From Syntrophaceae bacterium (lineage in GTDB: Bacteria > Desulfobacterota > Syntrophia > Syntrophales > PHBD01), in NCBI GenBank assembly GCA_013177825.1, contig JABLXX010000004.1, positions 22,349 through 86,348 on the forward strand: a stretch of 64,000 bases of DNA. Direction: 5' to 3'. Positions within the stretch are counted from its first letter, which is position 1, and the number at the start of each line of letters is the position of its first letter. The translations under genes and the position numbers were made by a program. Under the pieces are notes generated by a model that was given only the letters and a program-made list of their open reading frames with translations, was not told the origin of the DNA and searched no databases. Below, in pieces: positions 54,836-63,427 of the stretch.

Positions 54836-55420
54836 TTAAAACGTCGGTGGCGTGACGGCGGCAAGAAATATTGTCTTTTGCTTGCTCAAATTTGTATATT
54901 TATGAAGGAAATTACTTGGATGGTAAATTGTATCTCCTTCTGTAATGATGTACTTTTCAACCTTGCCTGATGCAGGATCCGTTAAGATTACCTCTATCTT
55001 TCCCTGAATGACGTGTGAAAATTCCTCTCCGTCGTGCTGGAAATCACCAATTGAAGCCCCTGGCTCCATAATGAAAAGTCCCGCCCAGATTTTTTTGTTC
55101 CTTGCTTTTTTTACCAGGGAGTAGATTTTAACATCGTCGTTATCAGAGATAATTGCTTTTGCCTCTTCGTATTTAACAACTCTTTCATCTTCCGATGTGT
55201 CGATCAGGTCATGTATCGAACTGTCAAAGAGTTTCAGGATCTTCTGCAAATTGGCTAAACTGATTCCTGATTTCCCATTCTCAAAAAGACTTAAGAATGA
55301 AACGGACAGCCCCGTGTTATCCGAAACTTCCTGCAATGTAACGCCTCGGGTTGTCCTCAGCTTCTTCAGCCGTTGCCCGACATTCTGTAACTCTTTTTTA
55401 TCATCAATGACACTGTTCAT
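54836..55420 (-). CDS. XRE-family HTH + cupin domain transcription regulator (low-GC gene)
   Basis: N-terminal HTH LKKLRTTRGVTLQEVSDNTGLSVSFLSLFENGK. C-terminal cupin HDGEEFSHVIQGKIEVIL...GDTIYHPSNFLHKY. GC is visibly about 35-40%, against about 60% in the flanks. Confidence 0.85.
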   Translation of the reverse strand: MNSVIDDKKELQNVGQRLKKLRTTRGVTLQEVSDNTGLSVSFLSLFENGKSGISLANLQKILKLFDSSIHDLIDTSEDERVVKYEEAKAIISDNDDVKIYSLVKKARNKKIWAGLFIMEPGASIGDFQHDGEEFSHVIQGKIEVILTDPASGKVEKYIITEGDTIYHPSNFLHKYTNLSKQKTIFLAAVTPPTF

Positions 55421-55930
55421 TCATGTTCCTTTCTTTACGGCAAATTACAGTCAACATTTCTATTATATCGGCAATTCTGAAATTTCAGTATATAACAAAA
55501 CGGGTATATATTGTCAATGATTATTTACTGTTAAGGATCTTGCCTCGTTCCTGTGAGATGTCTGTCGGCGCATCAAATGGCGAAACTGAAGGATGGTAAC
55601 AACTGTAAGTAGAGGTATTGTTCGACATAATATGTCTGAACCGCTTTTTGAAATTAGTATAATTGTTGAGTCATGTTGCTTTAAGGGGTGATCCATCGCC
55701 CGTATCCGCATGAAACATAAAATTACGCTCCTGCCATTTTGAGTCTCTCAGGTAAAAATTGCTTCCGGTGTCGAGGGGCCGTTCTCTTCTGCCGTCATCG
55801 GCCCGAAGCCTTGCTGTCTCCAATTCCAATCCCCCCACCCTTCGCTTGACTGTGAGGACATCCTTCCTCCCTGCGCCTTGCACCAGCGCTTACCGGGCCA
55901 GTTTGTTTTGAGTATCATAGAAAAATCACC

Positions 55931-55959
55931 TTGACAACCGACGGATCTTTTTTTATAAA
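55931..55959 (+). promoter_or_regulatory. Strong sigma70-type promoter inside the 1-kb ORF-poor gap
   Basis: TTGACA-N17-TATAAA is a consensus -35 with a near-consensus -10. It points toward the BKACE gene about 500 nt downstream. Confidence 0.55.
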
Positions 55960-56467
55960 CTGAAAAAAACAAAAACGTCTGGCCGGCGATGCAGCTCTTT
56001 CCGATCGAGGTCCACGGTGGTGCAATTGAATTACTGATGCTTTCGGCAGAATTGGAGCAGGCATGAATCGATTGGGTAATAATGAACAGAATCAATAGGA
56101 TGCAATCAAAACACTCCCGGTGCGGATTCTGTCATCCTGTGAAAGTATCATCCCGTGTCGGGAGGATTGAGGTGTCAAGCCTGTGGCGATGGAGGTCGAC
56201 ACTTGACGGAATCACAAGATTTCCAGCGGTCTTTGGGTCTTAACGAACATGTCGGGTGACCATATGTGTTTAATATGATGAATGAAAATATCGATGAGGC
56301 GGGTGCGCTCGGGCTAGACGCAAAATATTAAAAACTTTTGAGTTGATTTCAATGTCCAGGGAAGGGGGTGACGGAAGGAGGTCGGGGCTGCCCAAACGAG
56401 CGAACAAGCTTCAGTAACTTAACGGAAGCATGAAGTAGCCAATACAAACGAAAGGAGCTTATTGGCG

Positions 56468-57520
56468 ATGGCAAAAGACAAAGTGAACTGGGAATGGGTA
56501 AACGAGTGGAAGAAAGACGTGAATCCGCTCGGCATGAAAGAGGAATTCAAGTGCCTCTGGATCCCTTACGGACTTCCCGAAGTCGTGGACCCCGTGGGGA
56601 CCAAGTTCGGCATCGGCATCGAGGTTCAGCCGAAGTGGAAAATCCCGCAGAAGGTCTTCGTGTCGCAGACGATAGTCGGCGCCTTCTACAGCAAACAGGG
56701 AAACCCCAATCATCCCATCAAGCCCGACGAGATCCGGGATCAGGCCCTGGCCTGCCTGGAAGCGGGCGCTCCCAACGTGCACATCCATGTGCGCGACGAA
56801 AACGGATACAACGTTCTGGACCCGGAACTGTTCCATTACGTGATCGACCCTATCCGAAAGCAGTTTCCGGAACGGCTGGTCTGCGGCTGCATGGTTCCGT
56901 TCCAGACGGGCGAATGGGAAAAATTCATCGAATGTATGGAGGACGGGCTCTTCGATCAGACGCCGATCAACTCTGTGGCGGCTTTCTGCGGGGACACGCT
57001 CTTCTGCAAGCCACCCCATGTCATGATCGAAAAGACAAGAATCTGCCAGGAGCTGGGCTGCAAGCCGCAGATCGCCGTGTACAGTGACGGGGATATCGAT
57101 AACGCGGACCGCTACCTTATCAAGACGGGTCTGCTCGAGAAACCCTACTACTGGATCATCCTTCCGACGCTGCCCGGCGGATCGCCCATGCAGAATCCCA
57201 AGGCCATGGTGGAGGTCCTGATGCACTACACCAACAGGATCCGGGAGATCGACGAGGATTCGCAGATCGTCGTCTGCGCCTCGGGCCGCGCTTCAACGTA
57301 CCTCACGACCTTCGCGCTTCTTCTGGGCCTGCACATCCGCGTCGGCATGGAGGATTCCGTCTGGAAATGGCCCCACCGGGACGAGAAGATCAAGAACAAT
57401 CTCGAGACGTATCTTGCTACCAAGCAGATCGTGGAGCTCCTCGGGCGGGAAATCGTTTCACCCGAAGAGTGGCGGCAGACCCTGAAGATGAGAAAACCGG
57501 GCGGCAAGCTGAAAGCCTAA
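56468..57520 (+). CDS. BKACE-family (3-keto-5-aminohexanoate cleavage enzyme-like, DUF849) protein
   Basis: About 350 aa. APNVHIHVRDENGYN and the length are typical of the beta-keto acid cleavage enzyme family. AGGAG ribosome-binding site. Confidence 0.75.
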   Translation: MAKDKVNWEWVNEWKKDVNPLGMKEEFKCLWIPYGLPEVVDPVGTKFGIGIEVQPKWKIPQKVFVSQTIVGAFYSKQGNPNHPIKPDEIRDQALACLEAGAPNVHIHVRDENGYNVLDPELFHYVIDPIRKQFPERLVCGCMVPFQTGEWEKFIECMEDGLFDQTPINSVAAFCGDTLFCKPPHVMIEKTRICQELGCKPQIAVYSDGDIDNADRYLIKTGLLEKPYYWIILPTLPGGSPMQNPKAMVEVLMHYTNRIREIDEDSQIVVCASGRASTYLTTFALLLGLHIRVGMEDSVWKWPHRDEKIKNNLETYLATKQIVELLGREIVSPEEWRQTLKMRKPGGKLKA

Positions 57521-57616
57521 GCAGGGAGCCATAAGTCATCAAAACAAGGGAGAGGCTGTCTCTTTCTGCAAAGGTAGAGACGCCTCTGCCCTTTTAAAAT
57601 ATCCAAGGGGGAAAAA

Positions 57617-58402
57617 ATGAATAAATTGGCAGGTAAAATTGCTGTTGTGACGGGATCCAGTTCCGGTTTTGGACGAGCCATCGCCAAGGCGTTTGCCGCA
57701 AGCGGCGCCAAGGTCGTGTGCAGTGATATCCGGAAAGAGGCCAGGCCCGAGGGATACGAAACGGATATCAATCTCTCGACGGACGAAGCCATCAAAAAGG
57801 CAGGCGGCGAGGCGATCTTCGTCAAGTGTGATGTCACAAAAGAGACGGAGGTAAAGGATCTGGTCGACGCGGCGGTCAAGAAATTCGGCAAGCTCGACAT
57901 CATCATGAACAACGCAGGGGTATTTACCCGCATGGCAAAAATTCATGAATGCACGGAAGATGAATATGAATTTACCATGGGAGTCAATATCAAAGGTGTT
58001 TGGAACGGCTGCAAGTATGCGATTGCCCAGATGCTCAATCAGGGTAACGGCGGGAAGGTGATCAACCTTGTTTCCATCGGCGGACTGGTCGGCCTCGCCA
58101 ACGAGCCGGCTTACTGCGCATCCAAGGGGGCCGCGGCCAATCTGACCAGGCAACTGGCGATCGATTACGGCCCGGACAAGATCACCGTGAACGGAATCTG
58201 CCCCAATTACGCTCCTACCGCCATGTGCAGGCCCTATTATGAAGACGAAGGCGTCAAGAAGTACGTGGAGGATGTTACCCCTCTCGGACGCTGGGTAACT
58301 GCGGAAGAGATCGCCAAACTGGCGGTTTATCTGGCCTCGGATGAAGCGGATTACATCACCGGGTCATTGATTCCCATTGATGGCGCGTACACCGCGCGCT
58401 GA
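57617..58402 (+). CDS. Short-chain dehydrogenase/reductase (SDR)
   Basis: TGSSSGFGRA cofactor motif, NNAG, catalytic YCASKGA, and PIDGAYTA at the C-terminus. Confidence 0.9.
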   Translation: MNKLAGKIAVVTGSSSGFGRAIAKAFAASGAKVVCSDIRKEARPEGYETDINLSTDEAIKKAGGEAIFVKCDVTKETEVKDLVDAAVKKFGKLDIIMNNAGVFTRMAKIHECTEDEYEFTMGVNIKGVWNGCKYAIAQMLNQGNGGKVINLVSIGGLVGLANEPAYCASKGAAANLTRQLAIDYGPDKITVNGICPNYAPTAMCRPYYEDEGVKKYVEDVTPLGRWVTAEEIAKLAVYLASDEADYITGSLIPIDGAYTAR

Positions 58403-58522
58403 CGGGTGAGGCGATCGCCGGCCTGCGGAGATGAGCGAATCTCCACATTGAAATGAATGAGATTGTTATCATGATGGACGGATAGATAACGGTCAGCTTG
58501 TATTTTTTGTGCAACGTTTCAG

Positions 58523-58559
58523 TTCCCGGAGGGGGAGTGATGCGCTCTCCCTCCGGGAA
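58523..58559 (+). other. 15-bp GC-rich hairpin upstream of the MoxR-like gene
   Basis: TTCCCGGAGGGGGAG-tgatgcg-CTCTCCCTCCGGGAA with one mismatch. No U-tail. Confidence 0.5.
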
Positions 58560-58625
58560 CCATGCATTGTGTCGATTAAGATAATATTCAGTTCTTTGGC
58601 ATGTGAAAGTGAGCGGTCGAACATC

Positions 58626-59498
58626 ATGAATGAACGGATGAAGAATGTTTATGAACGGGTTGTCGGGCGCAGGCGGGAGATCCTGATGATCGTCTCGGCG
58701 CTCGAGGCGGGGAAGCACATCTTTCTGGAAGGCCCTCCGGGGACGTCCAAGTCGACCATCCTCCAGGCCGTCTCGGAATGCACGGGGCGCCAGTACTGCC
58801 TGGTGACGGGGAACAGCGACCTGACGACGTCGAAGCTCATCGGCTATTTCGACCCGGCGGAGACCCTGGCCAGGGGATACCGCCCCGAATTCTTCCAGTA
58901 CGGTCCGCTCCTGCAGGCCATGAAGGAAGGGATGTACCTCTACGTCGAGGAGTTCAACCGGCTGCCCGACGAGACGACGAACGTGTTCATCACGGCCATG
59001 TCCGAAAAGAGGCTGACCGTTCCGAGGCTGGGGATCGTGGCGGCGGACCCGGCGTTCCGCATCATTGCGGCGCTCAACCCCCTGGACGACATCGGCATCA
59101 GCCGGATCTCCCGGGCCCTGAAGGACCGCTTCACCTCCATCCGGATCGACTACCAGACGCGGGAGGAGGAGATCGAGATTGTCCGGCGGCGGACGGGAGG
59201 AGCCGAAGACGGGATCGTCGAACTGGCCGTGGACATCGCCCGGGAGACGCGGAAGCATCCGGATCTCAAGCTGGGCGCGTCCGTCCGCGGGAGCATCGAC
59301 ATGGTGGACGTGTACCGGAGCGGCCGGGATCTGCAGCCCGGGAATCCCTCCGGAGCGTTGAAGGCCGGGGACCTCAAGACCCAGGCGGCCTTCATGGCCT
59401 TCCGCAACAAGATCTGGCTCTACGAGACGAGCGAGAGAAAGCCGGAAGAGATCATCGAAGAGATCATGGAGAGGCTGGAGAGGCAAAAAAAAAAGTAA
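58626..59498 (+). CDS. MoxR-class AAA+ ATPase (AAA_5, CbbQ/NorQ-like)
   Basis: Walker A LEGPPGTSKST, Walker B MYLYVEEFNRL, and arginine-finger region ALKDRF. Ends ...ERLERQKKK-TAA inside an A10 tract. Confidence 0.85.
   Translation: MNERMKNVYERVVGRRREILMIVSALEAGKHIFLEGPPGTSKSTILQAVSECTGRQYCLVTGNSDLTTSKLIGYFDPAETLARGYRPEFFQYGPLLQAMKEGMYLYVEEFNRLPDETTNVFITAMSEKRLTVPRLGIVAADPAFRIIAALNPLDDIGISRISRALKDRFTSIRIDYQTREEEIEIVRRRTGGAEDGIVELAVDIARETRKHPDLKLGASVRGSIDMVDVYRSGRDLQPGNPSGALKAGDLKTQAAFMAFRNKIWLYETSERKPEEIIEEIMERLERQKKK
59489..59495 (+). other. Candidate -1 ribosomal frameshift heptamer A AAA AAG (dnaX-type), in phase with the MoxR frame
   Basis: The A10 run at 59485-59494 is followed by G. 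Zero-frame codons are AAA AAG, then TAA. The -1 frame continues GTA ACC CTC... into the VWA reading frame. Confidence 0.4.
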
Positions 59499-60484
59499 CC
59501 CTCCGGGACCTTGAGCTTCTCCTCGAATCCGGCACCGCATCGATCGGGGCCGGCCGGGACCCCGCCGAGCTTCTCCCCATCGAGCGACGGATCGACGACC
59601 TCCTCCGGCAGGGCGACCTCAGGACCGTCTTTGGCATCTCCGAAGAATACTCCCGGACCGTGGGAAGGATGCTGGGGAACTACGGGGTTCTCCTGGCGCA
59701 GTGGGAAGAGAGCGATCCCGAGCTGGTCCGGAAGCTCCTGACCAGGACCTGGAATCGCCTGGACGAGAACGTCCGGAAGCAGTTCCTCCATCTCATGATC
59801 GGTATGATCTACCGGGTGTCCCGGAGCGAGCTGGTCCACCGGGGAGCGCCCACGGGCGATGTCGCCACGGTGCCGTTTACCTTTTCGGGGGACGAGATCG
59901 ATCTCGACCGGACCATCGAGGCGACGGTCGAGCACCCCCTGCCGCGCTACGAGAACCTCTTTGTTCTGGACAGAAAGAAGCGGAAAAACGCGGCCGTCAT
60001 CATCATGGACGCGTCCGGCTCCATGCAGGGAGAGAAGCTGTCCATGGCGGCGATCGCCGTGACGTCCCTCGCCGCGAACCTGGACGCCCGCGATGAGTAC
60101 GGCGTCGTCCTGTTTTCCGAGAAGGTGAACGTCTGCAAGCGGATGGACCAGGCGAAGCCCCTGGACGAGATCATCAACACCGTCCTGTACGTCCGCCCCG
60201 AGGGCCGGACGAACATCGGCCTCGGGCTCCTGGCGGGTCTCACGGAGATCCAGCGGTCCACCATCGACAGCCGGACCGGCATCCTGCTCACGGACGGCGG
60301 GCAGAACACGGGCCAGGATCCCCTGGGCGTCGCCCGCCGGTTCCCGCAGCTCCATGTCGTCGTTCTGCCCGGCGGCAACCCGGAACTGGCCGGACAGATC
60401 GCCGCGAAAGGGCGGGGCAGCCTGATCTCCCTGAAAAGCATCCATGACGTCCCGCGGGCCATCGTCCGGTGCCTGTGCCGGTGA
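59495..60484 (+). CDS. von Willebrand factor A (VWA) domain protein, with its start unresolved (frameshift fusion to MoxR or internal start)
   Basis: VWA/MIDAS motif VIIMDASGSMQGEKL...PEGRTNIGLGL...ILLTDGGQN. The frame is protein-like from 59495. The first ATG/GTG/TTG after the MoxR stop are GTG 59660 and ATG 59669, neither with a convincing ribosome-binding site. Confidence 0.75.
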   Translation, partial: VTLRDLELLLESGTASIGAGRDPAELLPIERRIDDLLRQGDLRTVFGISEEYSRTVGRMLGNYGVLLAQWEESDPELVRKLLTRTWNRLDENVRKQFLHLMIGMIYRVSRSELVHRGAPTGDVATVPFTFSGDEIDLDRTIEATVEHPLPRYENLFVLDRKKRKNAAVIIMDASGSMQGEKLSMAAIAVTSLAANLDARDEYGVVLFSEKVNVCKRMDQAKPLDEIINTVLYVRPEGRTNIGLGLLAGLTEIQRSTIDSRTGILLTDGGQNTGQDPLGVARRFPQLHVVVLPGGNPELAGQIAAKGRGSLISLKSIHDVPRAIVRCLCR

Positions 60485-60502
60485 GAGGCTTGATGGATTT
60501 TG

Positions 60503-61624
60503 TCAGCGTCTCGGCCGGGTCAGCCGGAAATCCTGCCGGGGCAGGCCCGGATCGCGGTTCGGGTCGTAGGTCGTGTCGTTCGAATAGATGTAATCGCCAT
60601 TTGCATTGACCCAGCGGCGGCTCCAGTCGCTCGTGTCCCGCTCGACCTTCCCGGTGATGGGATTGACGTAATCCTCCTGGCCGGTGAGGGTCAGATACTG
60701 GTCCTTTTGAATGGCCTGCTGGGTGCGGGTCCGGTGAGCCGTAATCTCACGGTCGATCCTGTTCAGATCCTCGAGGACCTTCCGGGAAATCTCGGCCCGT
60801 TCGCCCTGCCCCCGCAACTCTCCCGCCACCCACTGCGGATTCAGCCGGACCGAGTTCCCGACGATGTCCAGCACGGGTTTCCATTGATCCACGTCACCCG
60901 CCGGCGAACGCATCGTCGTCGTGAAGTCGTTCGCCCACAGGCCCATGGAACGGCGGGCATCGACCAGGACCGTATAGAGCAGCTCCTTGTAGGCCTTTCC
61001 GTTCTCCGTGTATTCGACGATGATGAATCCCGCCTGATAGGTCGGAGGCTGAATGCCGACCTGCATCAGTGCCCGGGCGACCGGCTCCGACAGCCGGCTA
61101 ACGAGCTGTGCCAGTTTCGGAAGGGACTCCTTCTGGACGACCCGGGCGCCGGTCGCGCCCGCCCTGGTCTGCGAAAACACATACAGGAGGTAATCTTCCC
61201 AACCGGGCATGCGGACGACAGTCATTCCGTTGTAGTTCATCCCGGGGCCGTGCGTCGGCGGCAGCATGGGACCGTCGGCGTAATTGATCTTGGGTAGCCT
61301 CCGCAGCATGACCGTGCCTTCGGCGTCGCTCTTGACCGCGATGTCGCACTTGGCCTCGATGGAGTTACCGGTTCCGCCGGTCCTGTTCGGATCCACGCGG
61401 AAGATCCCCCCCTCCACGATCCAGCCCCTCGGGACCAGCATGGTAAAAGCGTGCTCTCGGGGTTCCGAAACACGGGTGAAGGCAATGGTCGGGGGGACTT
61501 TCTTTATGGATGTTGTCTGTCGGGCGTTTTTCCTGGATTCGGACGCAGCGACCGATGCGGATGCCGCTGTGAAAAACACTGAAAGGGCCACTGCAATGGC
61601 GGCCATCGGCAACATCTTCTTCAT
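60503..61624 (-). CDS. Secreted protein of unknown function
   Basis: 373 aa. Signal peptide MKKMLPMAAIAVALSVFFTAASASVAAS. Balanced composition. No family recognised. Confidence 0.7.
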   Translation of the reverse strand: MKKMLPMAAIAVALSVFFTAASASVAASESRKNARQTTSIKKVPPTIAFTRVSEPREHAFTMLVPRGWIVEGGIFRVDPNRTGGTGNSIEAKCDIAVKSDAEGTVMLRRLPKINYADGPMLPPTHGPGMNYNGMTVVRMPGWEDYLLYVFSQTRAGATGARVVQKESLPKLAQLVSRLSEPVARALMQVGIQPPTYQAGFIIVEYTENGKAYKELLYTVLVDARRSMGLWANDFTTTMRSPAGDVDQWKPVLDIVGNSVRLNPQWVAGELRGQGERAEISRKVLEDLNRIDREITAHRTRTQQAIQKDQYLTLTGQEDYVNPITGKVERDTSDWSRRWVNANGDYIYSNDTTYDPNRDPGLPRQDFRLTRPRR

Positions 61625-61954
61625 GGACGCACCTCCCGGGGGCGAGTCGCCCGACGGGCATTTTACCCATCATCGGGAAGAATTGAAAGCCGATCGTTGG
61701 AAAATGCATGGACTGCCTCCGCCTGTTGCATTGACGAATGCCGCGAATGGCATTAAGATTATATGAAAAGAATGTTTATGCCTCCGCGTTCGTTTCCATA
61801 ACCTTCCGAACAACGCTCGATATACCGGCAACGATCGACCCCGTTCATCACCTCAACGAGAATCGCAAGCGGCAACCAGTGAAGGATTCCTTTCAAGCAT
61901 TGGTGCATCAGGGGGTCCGTGAACGAAATTTTTTCAGGACAAGGAGGTGCCGAC

Positions 61955-62524
61955 ATGGAAAAGCGTATCGAGACGTACTATCACGGATTATACGAAGCGG
62001 CGGCCGTCCTGAATTCCACCCGCCAGATCCGGGACATTCTCCATTCCATCGTGGAGATTGTTGCGAAGAGAGTGGATGCCAAGGGGTGCTCGCTGATGCT
62101 CCTTTCCCGGAATAAAAGAGTGCTCAGCCATGTCGCGTCGTTCGGACTGAGCGAGGGATACCGGACGAAGGGCCCCGTGCTGTCGGACAAAAGCCTTGCG
62201 GAAGCCCTGGCGGGCAAAGTGGTGAATGTCCTCCATGCGTCGGATGACGACCGGATCCAGTACCCGGAGGAAGCCCGGAAAGAAGGAATCGCGTCGATCC
62301 TGTCCGTGCCGATGATGCTGCGGGATGAAATCGTCGGTGTCATTCGGGTTTACACGGCGGAGCCGCGGCAGTTCACGATCGACGACATCTATTTTATCGG
62401 GGCGGTCGCCAACCTGGGAGCGATCGCCCTCGAGAATTGCAAACTCTACAGGACCCTGAAGAAAGACTACGAGACGTTCCGGCGGGAGTACTTCACCCAT
62501 ATCGGTGAGGACCGGGCGTGGTAG
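61955..62524 (+). CDS. Stand-alone GAF domain protein
   Basis: 189 aa from the ATG at 61955 (AGGAGG ribosome-binding site). ILHSIVEIVAKRVDAKGCSLMLL...SILSVPMMLRDEIVGVIRVY...IGAVANLGAIALENCKLY is a GAF pattern. Confidence 0.8.
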   Translation: MEKRIETYYHGLYEAAAVLNSTRQIRDILHSIVEIVAKRVDAKGCSLMLLSRNKRVLSHVASFGLSEGYRTKGPVLSDKSLAEALAGKVVNVLHASDDDRIQYPEEARKEGIASILSVPMMLRDEIVGVIRVYTAEPRQFTIDDIYFIGAVANLGAIALENCKLYRTLKKDYETFRREYFTHIGEDRAW

Positions 62525-62554
62525 GAAACGGGGCAGGGGCTCGGGCAGGCGGTC

Positions 62555-63142
62555 TCAGAGCGGCTGGCCGCACACCGGACACATGCCGCCGGGCGGGAGG
62601 TCGGTCTTCCTGAACTCCATGGTACAGTGCGGGCAGGTGATGAATGGCGAGACCTCGGAGGAAGGCCGGTCCTGCCCCCTTGGCGATGCTGCAGCCCGCT
62701 CTCTTGCTTTTGCCGCCTTTTGCGCCAGGTCTTTTCGGACCTCCGGATTCAGCGAGCGCTCGACGGTGTTGAGCGTTTGTTTGGCCAGCATTTGCGTGGG
62801 GATGCGGATATAGGTGAAGTGGTATCCGCCATCGGGATCTTTCCACTGTATGTTGAGGCGGTATGCAACGTGAATGGTTTTCTTCGGAAAGAGGAGCGCC
62901 AGCGGTCCCAGAAACAGGAATCGGCCCAGGGGGTAGGTTCTCTGGACGGAGGTGTCGTCCAGGAGTGAGACCTCGGTAATGCCGTCGAGGGGAATGCGGC
63001 CGATTTCCTTCTCGCCGTCATGCAGGATGAGGGATTCGTGTGTCGGCACGCAGGCAACCAGCCGGTCGGACGGGATCTCATCCAGCAGGGCCTGCAGATG
63101 ATCGGCACTCCCCTTATGTGTTTCTCCCGTTGCTGTACTCAT
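62555..63142 (-). CDS. Hypothetical protein with a C-terminal CxxC...CxxC zinc ribbon
   Basis: 195 aa. N-terminal globular part, a basic linker, then CPHCTMEFRKTDLPPGGMCPVCGQ. Confidence 0.6.
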   Translation of the reverse strand: MSTATGETHKGSADHLQALLDEIPSDRLVACVPTHESLILHDGEKEIGRIPLDGITEVSLLDDTSVQRTYPLGRFLFLGPLALLFPKKTIHVAYRLNIQWKDPDGGYHFTYIRIPTQMLAKQTLNTVERSLNPEVRKDLAQKAAKARERAAASPRGQDRPSSEVSPFITCPHCTMEFRKTDLPPGGMCPVCGQPL

Positions 63143-63427
63143 CGTACCTTGAAACTTACGTGATCCATGGTTTCATGTCCATGATTTCCTGCCGGCCGCA
63201 ATCCGCCGCCGGGCTCTTGAAAAAACGAAGATTTCTCGCAGTAACTTCCACACGGGCGATTCCACTGAATTATAAGTACTTGACACAACCGTCTTTCTTC
63301 CGTAAGCATGGGCTCTGCCATCTTAAATGCCTGTAATTACGCTTAGTAGGGAGAAGAGCTAATGTGATGAGAGAAGTGCGTATGATCACTGGGCCGAATA
63401 AAGAGACACTTGAACAAGGATGAAGCT

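Noticed and set aside
55514-56095. Three overlapping short minus-strand ORFs, considered as a frameshifted transposase or integrase pseudogene.
   Set aside because: No DDE, HUH or tyrosine/serine-recombinase motif and no terminal inverted repeats could be recognised by eye. Kept only as a possible decayed gene in the findings, not annotated as a mobile element.
56185-56230. GGCGATGGAGGTCGAC resembles the 5' part of the fluoride (crcB) riboswitch core.
   Set aside because: The pairing partner has a mismatch (TCGAC instead of TCGCC). The downstream conserved segments are absent, and the downstream gene is unrelated to fluoride resistance.
58778-59494. The upstream 239 codons of the 568-aa + strand ORF that ends as the VWA protein.
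   Set aside because: This part is an out-of-frame read through the MoxR-like gene, with composition RRGRHPG... and no motifs. Only the portion from 59495 onward looks protein-like.
59485-59494. The A10 tract interpreted simply as a sequencing artefact with no biological meaning.
   Set aside because: This cannot be decided from a single consensus sequence. It is retained as one of three explicit alternatives in the MoxR-VWA finding rather than dismissed.
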